DNA from: Chiloscyllium plagiosum
Lineage: Eukaryota
Assembly: GCF_004010195.1 (NCBI RefSeq)
Contig: NC_057711.1
Span: forward strand, 81,076,714 to 81,140,713
Direction of reading: 5' to 3'
DNA: 64,000 nt
Below the pieces are notes generated by a model. The model ran no database searches, was not told where the DNA came from, and saw only the letters and a program-made list of their open reading frames with translations. This document shows, piece after piece, positions 37,086 through 48,820 of this stretch. Every line of letters starts with the position of its first letter. The first letter of the stretch is position 1. The position numbers and the translations under genes are program-made.

Positions 37086-38424
37086 ACAATCTACAAGGTA
37101 GGAGTGTGAGATGATTAGAGCTAAAACAACACTTAAGAAATTCATCAACATTCAATACAGATGTTTTCTAAACTGGTTCTGAGATTACACACCACTGGGC
37201 TAGGTGGGACTTCAACCCAGCCCTCTGGCTCAGCAGTACCTGCTACAAAGCAACTCATTTGATTGATGCTCCAATTACCTGTTTAAACATTTCAATTCCT
37301 CCACCATTGTGGGCAACAATAACTTCTGCTGCCTAGAATTATATTGCTGTATCGTCATTGTCACATCGCTAAAATCTGGGAACTCCCTTTCCAACAGCAC
37401 AGTGGAACTTGCACCAGTCATTCAAAATAAAGTATTAAAAGAAGCTTGAGTGTTGAGTTCTTAGATGAGCACTTGATAAGTCATAACATTCAAGGCAATG
37501 GGCTAAGTGCAAGAAATTGGGATTTGTGTAGATTTAAAGCAGCTTTATTCTTGATGCAGATTCAATAGTCCAAAGGACTTCTCTGTACTTCATGATTCTA
37601 TGCTTCTATTATTCTAAGGTGCTCAATGTATTCCAGGGTTTTTCCTTCACCATGGTGGCAGGTGGAATATGTAGCTGCTAAGGTATTGGTTAATATGAGT
37701 TTTGTTTTGACAACATTGAAGTATAGACCTCTTGACTATGTAATTAAAGATATTGTCAGTGGTTTACAAATCTACTGCAAAGTGGTTAGTGGCACTGTAG
37801 TCACCTGTGCATGTCTATAGAGGTCAGTTTAGTTTTAGCATGGAGGTAATTGAGGTTAAAGAATTTTCTATCTGGATGGTATTTAATGCTGATACAAAAT
37901 TGTAGTTGATCTTTGATCTGATAAATGGCAGCTGTCAGGTGGATTATGAAATGCAAGGGATCAAACAGCCTTGCTTGAGCCCATTTCATATTTTAGATGT
38001 GTCTGTTTCAGACCTCCCAATCAAGACAGTCACAGTCATAATATTTTAAACAAATCACCCATAATTCATCAATATTCAATACAGATGTTTTCTGGTCTGG
38101 TTCTGAGATTACATACCACTGAACCAGGTTGGACTTGAACTCAATCCTCTGACTCAGAGATAGGGACACTAGAATCTGATGCTTTGGTTAGGTGAATGAA
38201 TGCAATACAGACAGCCCAGTTTTGTTCTTGGCATATTTATTAGGTTTGCCTGGCAAGAAAGACCATCTGAGAAGCTCTTTTGAAAAGTAGAAAGCCACCC
38301 TATGAATGATCAGTTGTGTGACAGAAAAAGCAATTAAATAGGCAGGAAGGTGGCAAATAGGGAATCCACCACCATCCTACCACTACCCTGACTACATCAA
38401 ATTGAGTAATCATTATTGATTAAT

Positions 38425-38775
38425 TATTATCTATAAGATCATGAAGGGCATAGTTAAGATGAATGGACAAGGTCCTTTTCCAAGGGTAGAGGAGTCCAAA
38501 ATTAGAGGGCATAATTTTAAAGTCAAAGGGGAAAGATTTAAAAGGGAGCTGAAGGGCAACTTTTCCACACAGAGAGTGGTGCGTGCATGGAATATGCAGC
38601 CAAAGGAGGTGATAGAGATGGCCACAATTACAACATTTAAAATACTTTGGACATGTACATAAATAGAAGATGTTTAGACTGATAAAGGCCAAACACAGGC
38701 AAATGGGACTCATTCAGTTTAGGATACCTCGCTGGCATGGACGAGTTGGACTGTTGGATGTGTCTATGACTTCTA
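38425..38775 (+). mobile_element. CR1 LINE 3' end
   Basis: ESKIRGHNFKVKGERFKRELKGNFSTQRVVRAWN; ctatgacttctatg tail. Confidence 0.9.
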
Positions 38776-39834
38776 TGTCAATTTGGAGTCTTGAAAGCTC
38801 AAATGATACATTTGCAGTTCTTCTTTCTGAACAGTCACTCTTGAAATTACCAATGGGTAATTTCTAACATTTCAAATTGAAAAATGTAAAGGTATCTTTC
38901 TTTGCTGATAAAGGTGGTGCTCTCTCAAAGTTTGGTTCCCCATCCAAAAGAAAGTGGGGCACAAAATAGTGCTTTTTTTAGGGCACTACATCTCACCCCT
39001 TCTCTATTTGGGGTGATAGAGGGTATTTTGAACAGAAATTCTCAGTAGGAAATGCCCACTGCACATCTGTCAGAGCAGGAGTCCAAAGACCTTCATGCGT
39101 CTGTCATCTGTGTGTAGGTTCATTATTAGGGACCTGGCAGTCCCCATTGCCAGTTCTCCATTGCCACAGGATTTGACAAATGGACCCTGGTATAAGACTA
39201 TACATGACTTTGTTTGACAGAGATCTTGGACATTGTTATTATCTACACAATCTTGAAAGGTTAGTCCACATATTTTGTTGATAATGTAGACCCCAATGAC
39301 TGGGACTATCTTCCCATTGCAATCTTTTCTACCTTCATATCTTGTGAGATAGATGCATGCTTTTTCTTTGCTTGTTCTGACATTGAGGAATTTGTGGATT
39401 ACACTTTGTCTGGCACCTTGTGTGTCTTTGCTTTCAGGGGTGGGCGTTGCAGGAATAAGAAGCTTCCAAAGGCACAGCTTAAAGGTTAGGGCTCACACCA
39501 GGGCCAAGATAGTAAAGATAACACATATTTAACACAGCTTACACATTGAAAGGGAATTTTGATATTTATAATTACATCAAGTTGTTTCTTTTTGATATGT
39601 ATGCAAAGGCAAATGATATTATGGAAATTAACATCAGTAAGATTAGACTATGTTTCCTATACAATATATTCAAATCCTACATTTTGTCATATTGTTCTTA
39701 TTAATATCACTAACATGGTGCTCCAATTCCAGTTTCTCAATGAAAGACACTCTTAGGTAGAAACCTGAAGTAAATTTGACTTTATTTGACTTGTTGGAAA
39801 ATGCTTTCAACTAATATGGACTATACAAGATGCA

Positions 39835-40080
39835 TTTCCATCACATTACACTCAGTACCTGTGTGAAAAATGTGGGAACAAGGACCAATTTTAAGGATGG
39901 AATGTCCAAAATCCAAAAAACACTGAGGACACATCTGATGCCTCACTGATTCAGGCATTCTTGTCACTTTGTCATCAGGCATTAACCCCTTTAAATATAT
40001 CAGTTAAGGATATAACAATTGCCAAAGGATCCCATCCAAATTTGGATAATACCAGATGGAACATATGCCATGAAAAGTTT
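39835..40080 (+). repeat. Left arm of a 246-bp inverted repeat
   Basis: Reverse complement of 41778-42023; 39928-40015 is identical over 88 bp. Confidence 0.95.
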
Positions 40081-41777
40081 CCATTTTCCTATTAGCCAAA
40101 GTAATATTCCTTCAGGAAACCACTGGAGACAACAGAAAAACAGGTCAGCACATACCTTAATGTGTAATCAGAAAGGGTTCCCCTACTTCCAGAGTAATAC
40201 AGTGGGCCTCTGCATGCATGCTTGAACATACTCCTTCCTCTTAGTGGCTTCCTGATTATATCAAAGGCCTTGTCTGATGACTACTGTTGGCATTATATTG
40301 TTTTGAAATTCATTTTTGCCTTCTCATTGTAAAGCCAAGAATATCTAAACATCACTAGATCAATTAAAAAGAAACTTGGGGCCTCTCCCTAACTGTTAGA
40401 GTACTCGGATCAATATCTGGACCCTGTTCATTTGGTGCTTATGAAAACCCCTTAACTCTTTAACAAATTAAAATTGATATTGGCCTGAAGTCATATATAT
40501 TTAGTTAAAAATATGGATTTTAAATTCTCATTATATGAAATTATTCTTTATTGAATTTTAATGAACTTCCCTAATTTTTGTCTAATTTAGAATTTTACAT
40601 GTCTAACAATTTACAGTGTAATGTTCAGAATATTTTGTGTGGAATATGAAAGTTAAATGGCACAAATAGTGATTTATTTTCCACATAAAAATGTAGAAGA
40701 TGCCCTGGTCTGGGGATGAAGGAGAAGCTTCCTCTTTGCCAATCAATGATTTTATTTGCATTTTGTTTGTTCATTGAATAAATGAGTTTTTATCTGAGAA
40801 TGCTGCACATATCTTCAAAAGAGTGTCTGGTGCTGTGGGTTTGTGTGTATTGATGCTAAATAAAGAAGAAATACCACTTAAAGGGGCTAAGGTTTGTTTA
40901 TTTAGTATGATAAGATATTTTAAAGGCCTTTCTTCTATCACCTTTCTAAGGTAAAATGGAAAAGATCAAATAAAACTTAATTTCGGATTTGTATTTATGA
41001 AATCATAAAATATTACAGCACAACCATTCAGTTAATTGTGCCAGCATCATAGTATTAGTTCCATTCTACTGTCTTTTCATATTTTTCTTTCTCAAACATG
41101 TATTCTCTTTCCTTTTCAAAGTTGTTGTCAATTCTGCTTTCAATATATTGAACTCTAGATCCTATCAACAGCCTGCACAAAACACTTCACTGAACCTCAT
41201 TCCACTAATCTTAATGATCTTAAAGTTATCAACTCCATTTCTCAACTCGCCAACCATTGTAAATACTTTTTGCATATCTATCTTACCAAGATCCTGCTTA
41301 ACAGTGTAAACCTCTATCAATTCTCCATTTTGTTTATTGCCCTAACAAAAGAAACCTCCTGAATTTTGAACAACCTCCCCTCAGGAGCCTTCTATTCCTG
41401 TTAGCAACTTAATACATTTCTTTGTTCCTTGCTTCTCGATGTTCTTCAAAAAGTAAAGCACCCATAACTTGAGAAAATTTACAAAATCTTTGACTGCTGC
41501 TTGCCAATTTGTCACCTAAAAAATGGAAAGCTCACTTTAATATGATGGAGGGGGAAGTGAAGTAACATCATTTGATGCTGTGCACTAATCTAATCCAATT
41601 TCAGACATGTCTGTAAAGCCAAGCAATTTCAATGGATGACAATGGTGAAAAGGGTGGCCCACCACAACCTTCTCAAGGACAATTAGGGATGGGAAACAAA
41701 TGCTGGCCATACCAGCAAATCCCACATCCCAGAAGTACATTTTAAAAAAATCACAGAGCAGCTTTGTAAGACTGCTC

Positions 41778-42023
41778 AAACTTTGCATGGTGTATGTCCC
41801 ATCTGGTATTATCCAAATTTGGAATGGATCCTTTGGCAATTATTATATCCTTAACTGATATATTTAAAGGGGTTAATGCCTGATGACAAAGTGACAAGAA
41901 TGCCTGAATCAGTGAGGCATCAGATGTGTCTTCAGTGCCTTTCGGATTTTGGACATTCCATCCTTAAAATTGGTCATTGGGCCCAAATTATTCACACAAG
42001 TACTGAGTGCAATGTGATGGAAA
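41778..42023 (-). repeat. Right arm of the 246-bp inverted repeat
   Basis: See 39835-40080; ORFs 40019(+) and 41585(-) both start MPKDPxQIWIIPDGTY. Confidence 0.95.
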
Positions 42024-42179
42024 CTCAGCGTGAGTTGTGAGAAGTAAAAGAGCAAAATGCTGAGGCAGACTAAGCTGACCAAGCAACATCAATGGAGAGA
42101 GATACAGAGTTAATGTCTGACATTTTCTATTTTGAACTTAAATATGGTAAGGAGTGTCTTAGATAACATCACATCTGCC

Positions 42180-42760
42180 ATGGCACATAAGGAGTTTCCA
42201 TGGGTGATCATTTGTTCTTCATTCATTGCAATTTGGGAAATTTCATACCACATATCATGTCCACACTATCTCCAGACAATTAGAAAAGCAAAAGTGGCAA
42301 TAAAAATCATTGAAGGATTCATAAAAAAGTCAGCCAAATCCTAGATAATGTAGACAAGGCAATCCTTCAGCGGAGACTGCATCTAAGGAAAGCATGGAAA
42401 GTAGTCCAGTGCAGAATAATGTCATGTCACAAGCAAACTACTTTTCCAATAGCAAAAATAACTCCTGAAGCCAGAAATAGTAATAGGCGTGAGTGAAAAA
42501 AATCAAGATAAAATAACAGAAAGCCGAATTACATTTTGACAGAAGCTATTCCTTACCTTCAAGAGGCTGATCAGGAAAAAGAGAATCTACAATGGGTACA
42601 GCTCACCCATCAACATTCAGACCCATAGCAACTCAGTAACAGAACTAGTACAACAATGACTATCACACCACCAACAAATGTTGTTGGAATGCTACTGTCT
42701 GACAAAACAACTTCAAATGAACAGTCAATTGCAACAACACTTTACTACCATTAAGAAACC
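42180..42760 (+). mobile_element. Ty3/Gypsy integrase remnant
   Basis: WEISYHISCPHYLQTIRKAKVAIKII (cf. TSSPHYPQSNGKAE.AVK), followed by KAILQ and MESSPVQ. Confidence 0.7.
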
Positions 42761-42887
42761 AGCATGATTGAAAATTGTGTACAATGCATACATAGATACT
42801 GATGGAAATAAACTGCTAAGGCATGATAACAGTATAGAGTTGGTAAGTAGGGTAACTAAAAATTTACAAGATAATGTATTCCTTTTG

Positions 42888-43140
42888 TAGAGTCATAGAG
42901 ATGTACAGCATGGAATCAGACCTTTCGGTCCAACCTGTCCATGCCAACCAGATATCCCAACCCAATCTAGTCCCACCTGCCAGCACCCAGCCCAAATCCC
43001 TCCAAACCCTTCCTATTCATATACCCATCCAAATGCCTCATAAATGTTGCAATTGTACCAGCCTCCACCACTTACTCTGGCAGCTCATTCCATACCACCC
43101 TCTGTGTGAAAAAGTTGCCCCTTAGGTCTCTTTTATGTCT
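42888..43140 (-). mobile_element. CR1/HER1-type LINE 3' end
   Basis: Near-identical to 33645-33905. Confidence 0.92.
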
Positions 43141-43504
43141 TTCTTTTCTTCTCTTTTGTTTTGTATCAAAGTGGGGATATTTGGATTGAAATGCAATCAT
43201 GTACAATTATCTGTCCCAGTCTGCTGTTGTCTCAAACATGAGGTGCAATCATGTGAGCAGATATCTTAAGGTTCACTTCAGCAAAGTTCTGAAGCATTGT
43301 ACAATTGAAACAGAAAACAACTTTCAGATTTTTCGTGTTTACTGAGCACGTGTGGGTGCAAAACATTGCAGTCAGTTTTACCAAAAAATAATTATACTCT
43401 CACATTTATTAGTTTAGCCGTTACTCATTTGAGGAGTAAGGCAGTCCCAATTTGGGACAAAATTATCTCTAAACCCATCTAGTTTTTCAAAGCATTTATC
43501 CTAT

Positions 43505-43588
43505 TAAGTTAAAAATCACACAACACCAGGTTATAGTTGTGTGATTTTTAACTTTGTGCACCCAAGTACAACACTGGCATCTCCAAAT
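43505..43588. mobile_element. 84-bp minimal Penelope-derived hairpin insertion
   Basis: Perfect TSD CATTTATCCTAT (43493-43504, 43589-43600); aagttaaaaatcacacaac / gttgtgtgatttttaactt. Confidence 0.88.
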
Positions 43589-45782
43589 CATTTATCCTAT
43601 CAGAAGCCCTATTATGAGAAATACGTTTGGTACAGTTTTCTGATATTCAGTCTGTTTTTCACTGGTCCCAGCTATATTAGATTTTTATCTCAACTAATTT
43701 AAAGAATATAATTCATTGTTTTGGAACTACTTTGAGGGGTGTCATTTAAGAACTGAAAGAGACAATTACTACAATTCATTTAAAATAGAAGCAGTGGAGG
43801 TTCTACATCTATCAGCATTTTACACATTTTATGACACAGCCAATGCATTATTTATTTTAAAACATTATTATACTGAGGATGACTGGCTAGAAGCATTAGA
43901 ATGCAACTTATTATCTCAGGGACCAGCACTGAATAAACAATCTGATCAAACATCTTTGCTGACAGCAAGTAGGCATGAGGGTCACAAATGCAATGCAGCT
44001 AATGGTCTTAGTTTAGATTTTGAAATCAGAAGATTACAATAGTGCTGCAATTTAATCAGTGTCAGTTTATCTAACTGGTTTGGAAAGGCCTGGAAGACTA
44101 AGGATATGGGGTATTAATGAATCTCATGATGATCTAGAAATGATTTATATTTACCAAAGTTGTATTAATTTATAAGGCCGTTGGAAACAGTTGATTAAAT
44201 CAGAGGAATGCTGAAATTATGTGGTTAAAAAATATGCAGCACTCTATAATGACACTAAACAAGTAGTCACTAATTTACACAAGTTCGAATAATGTAAGTC
44301 TGGCAAAAGATCATGAGGAGTGAGGTGCCAATTAGATGGGTAATCAGACTTGCCAGATCCTCAGCACTGAGTTCTGTTACCATCTATTGGTATCAGGATG
44401 TGTTTGGGGATTTAAATTCCTAGCCAGGAATTTGCATGGCTTCAACTTGTGGACCACATTGATTTATCTCATCCAGATGATTTCCATATACCCGTCAATG
44501 GAATTGTAGAATTGAAGTTTTTTGAGCATCCCATGCTGAGCATTGTTCTATGTATCCTAATGTTTTTTTATGTATAAAATAATGATTAAAATAATCTAAA
44601 GAATGTTATTTTCTCCTCTCCCTTTCCAAAAAAGGGCCAAAGGTTCACAAATAAAAGTAATGTGTGGTTGGTGTTACTAGCAGTGGTTAGCAACACTGGT
44701 TACTAATATAAGAAACCAAGTACTGTGCTGGGACTTTGGACTGGTGGATTTCCAACACCAGTTCAGTGTTCAAGTTCCAAAAGATAAAGGTTTCAGCGTC
44801 AATCCTTGAGAAAGAAAACATTGGCCAAGCAATTCCGTGGACCTTTATCCCTCTCTGTCAGCATTACTCTGCTACATGTACAGCAGAAAGCATGTTTACA
44901 CAATATGTTTGTAAAATATCTGAAAAAGTCAGGATTCTTTCAAGTGCACACAGAACTCAATCTGAAGGCCACATTTTTACCAATTTTACACCTTGTAACT
45001 TGATGGAAGCTTTTTGTTAAAATCTTCAAAACAATATTTTTGGTATTAAATGATAATAAATTAGAGCTATGAATTTCTTTGGGATTCCTTCTCTCTCACT
45101 CCATTACTTCATTAGAAGCTGGTATAAAGCTGGTTGCATGTTATTGGAAGTACCTCAAAGTTTGGGCCCTTAGTTGATCCGGAGCATTTTTTTTGAATTT
45201 TGTGTGCCTTTGTGTTGATATTATGGAGGAGTTTCCTGCAGAAATGATTATTGTTCAGATTTCAGTACATTGTGGAAGGCTCTTGTGCAATGATGGGGTG
45301 GATTTGTCTTTTGCTATAACTGAGGGAATCCAGAGATTGGTAATGATCTTGGTTTTGGTATCACTACAGATTAATATTGATGCTTGTCAAGACTAGAATA
45401 AGGGTTCTGAAGAAGACTCATACTGGACCTGAAACATTAACTGTGTTTCTCTCTCCACAGACCTACTGGGTTTCTCCAACATCCTCAAAGTTTGTTTCTA
45501 GATTATGGGTCCTTGTAGTACGTTGTTGTGAGGCCTTTGGAGTTTTCAAAAACTGAGAGATTCATTTGATCTGGCAGCACTGTGAAAGGAAAGCAAATAC
45601 TTAATAGAAATGCAGAAAGTAAACCAGAAGTTTCACAGCAACCTGTCATTAGCTTATTCCTGAGATAGGGCATGAATTTAATGGAACAGGATGGAGTGCA
45701 GGAGGGTTGGGATTGGGTAGAAGCATATTTGACAGCTAAAAGATTGAATTTTATGTTCAAATCCATTCATAGGCTCACCTTT

Positions 45783-46109
45783 GGGCGGCACAATGGCTCA
45801 CTGGTTAGCACTGCTGCCTCACAGTACCAGGGACCCAGGTTCAATTCCCACCTCGGGCAACTGTCTGAGTGGAGTTTGCACATTCTCCACGTGTCTGCGT
45901 GGGTTTCCTCTTGGTGCTCCGGTTTCCTCCCACAGTCCAAAGATGTACAGGTCAGGTGAATTGGCCATGCTAAATTGTCCATAGTCTTAGGTGGATTAGT
46001 CAGGGGTAAATATCGGGGAATGGGTCTGGGTGGGTTGCTTTTCGGAGGGTCGGTGTGGACTTGTTGGGCCGAAGGGCCTATTTCCACACTGTAAGTAATC
46101 TAATCTAAT
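45783..46109 (+). mobile_element. Full-length HE1-type SINE
   Basis: A-box-like tggctcactggtt, B-box ggttcaattcc, CR1-like tail, taatctaatctaa end. Confidence 0.93.
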
Positions 46110-47394
46110 AACAAATTATATGACAATATAACAACTTATATAACAATATGCAAAACAAAAAACAATTTAGAATAATAACAAATTGTTATAAAGATGGAAT
46201 TTGGATGAAAGTCACACGAAAGCAGACAAAAAGGCAACAAGAGATGGATGGTTTCAAAATAGGAAATAAACTCAGGTTTATGATGCAGGGAAGAAGAGGA
46301 GGCTGATGGATGTATTGATGAATGTTAACTAAAAATGTTCATTGATTATAACATTTAGCATACATGCCTCTATGGTGCCAGTAGTTTTTGTTTATCCTCC
46401 ATCAGAGTGAATCTATGATTATACACAAAATAAAATTATTTTCAAATAATCAGGATCATTAAGAGGTGAAATTTAACATATGATATATCACATTTCTTTC
46501 TAAAATTACAATGTTCATATGCTTAAATTCACCAATGGAAATTTCCACTTTCATTACTCATTTAAAATTTCTCTCCCTTTTTCAAATAACGAAGTCAAGA
46601 ATTGCGTTTTGACAGATTACGTACATAATGTTGTCAATCTATAACGTTGGAATATTCCCGTGAAATTAGTTAGAACTATGAATTGCTGTAAAAGCAGATA
46701 TTTCAGCCTTTTACATATTTCACAAATCAACAATTCACTTCCAGACTGTAAAATATAATGTACATCAGTGATCCACAGAAATGAAACCAATAGTAATTAT
46801 ATATGGCCCAGTACTGAGTACATTTTCAAATCATATGTCAAAGTAACAGCAATGATGTAATAAGCTACATTGAGTTGATCTGTTCTTGGATGAGTGGTAC
46901 TCTGCCTCCTGCTCAGGTCAGTTTACCATGAACCTGATACAATTTCCTCCCAGAGCCTTCAGTGAGACTGCTTCCGAATAGTAATGCCAGTTTCTCATAG
47001 GTTCCTACAGTAAGGTTAGAGACTACATCACCTTTGTCAAACTAATCAGCAAAGGGTCCTGTCTATAGGAACAATCAAAAGCCTTGAGAGGCATCAAGAA
47101 GACTTCTCATTCGGACCGATCAAAAGTAGCAATGGGAACTTTCAAAAGCAACTGCTAAAGAGAGCTGCAAAACTGTTAAGTCACTTAAAAGTCCTGTCCT
47201 GTAAAACTTAGGAAAAAAATCTGTGTTAAAAAATGTGCTTACTATTTCACCCTGTCTTTTGACATAAACTTCCATTTTTCAATTTGAGAAACACAGCTGA
47301 TTTTACAATTACCATGTAGGATGCTGCCATTTCACAGTTTGACTGATGGTTACAAGTAGTTAGAGAATATTTGAAATGAGATTTTTAATTCCAA

Positions 47395-47945
47395 TGCTTG
47401 TTGTTATAAGAGGTAACGTTGGTCTTCACGAAAGAGGATACAAGTTACATCCAGCAAATAGCTGTAAATCAAGAATTGAAAAGGAGGATGAATCTCAATA
47501 TAGCTGCAATTAACATGGAAGTAGTACTGAGTAAATTGTTGGAACTATGAGTTGACAAGTCTCCCGGTCCTAATGGATTTCATCCTCGGGTCTTAACAGA
47601 AGTAGCCAGTGAAATAGTTGATGTGTTAGTTTGATTTTCCAAAATTCATTACATTCAGGGAATTGTCCTTTAAATTGGAAAATGGCCAATGTAATGTATT
47701 TATTCAGAAAGGCAGAAAGCAGGAAACTCAGGCTTAACATCTGACAGAGGGTTAATTTCGAAGCTTTTATTAAAAATATTATCATAGGACACTTGAATAT
47801 GTTTAAGGCAATCAGGCAGGGGCAACATGGTTTTTTCAAACAGAAATCATGTCTAACAATTTTTTTGGAGTTTTCTGAAGAAGTATCTTGTGATGTAGGT
47901 AAATGAAACAAGTGGACATATTGTATTTAGGTTTCCAGATGGCAT
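47395..47945 (+). mobile_element. CR1 LINE ORF2 fragment
   Basis: DKSPGPNGFHPRVL, QHGF..KSCLTIFLEF, YLGFQMAF. Confidence 0.85.
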
Positions 47946-48314
47946 TCTCACAGCTCTCCAACCCTTCCCCAACCATTGCTCTCATTCTCACAGTTCTTCA
48001 ACCCATCCCCCAACCTTGCTCTCATTCTCACTGCTTTCTAACCACAGACCCCACTCTTGCTCCCATTGCTTTTCAATCTCTCTGTTCTCATGACATTGTA
48101 ATGCCACTCCCTGCTCTCACTCTTACATCTTGGTGAAACGATTAGTCCATCCTATCTGCTTTCCCAACTGTCCTAGCTCTCCATGCACTGAGATCAAGCA
48201 TCAAAATGGGGTCATTGTGGGGAAAACTTAGGAAGCACTAGTCTCCCAATTCAGTATTGATAAATCCATAAGAATAAACTTTCAATTCCCAATAAAAAAA
48301 TGTGCACTTTTTGA

Positions 48315-48820
48315 TTCATAGAGTTGACAGCACGGAAACAGATCCTTTGGTCCAACTCTTCCATGCCAATCAGATATCCTAAATTAATCTAGTCTCATTT
48401 CCAACTATTTGGCTCGTATCCCTGAACCCTTCCTATTCATGTATGCATCTAGCATGTTGTAATTGTACCAGCTTCCACCACTTCCTCCAGCAGCTCATTC
48501 CATATAAACACTATCTTCTGCTTGAAAATGTTGCCCCTTAAGTCTCTTCTATGTCTTTCTGTATCACCTTAAACCTATGCCCTCTAGTTCTGGGCCCCCT
48601 TATTCTGGATAAAGGACCTTGGCTATTCAATCTATCCATGCCCATCATGATTTTATAAACCTCTATAAGGTCATCCCTCAGCCTCCTAAGCTCCAGGGAA
48701 AATAGCCCCAGCCTGTTCAGTCTGTCCCTATAGCTCAAATCCTCCAACCCTGGCAACATGCTTGTAATTTTTTTCTGAACCCTTTCAAGTTCCACTACAT
48801 CCTTCCTCTAGCAGGGAAAC
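48315..48820 (-). mobile_element. CR1 LINE 3' fragment
   Basis: ORF 48538-48795 LERVQKKITSMLPGL..RLGLFSLE..DLIEVYKIM. Confidence 0.9.

Noticed and set aside
39835..42023. Terminal inverted repeats of a DNA transposon
   Set aside because: No TSD (flanks tgca / ctca), no transposase inside, and the outer ends are among the least conserved parts.
43716..44042. 108-aa ORF
   Set aside because: Non-ATG start, no recognisable domain or splice context; compatible with chance.
45783..45860. tRNA genes at SINE heads
   Set aside because: A/B boxes are present but run on into SINE bodies; no cloverleaf is supported.
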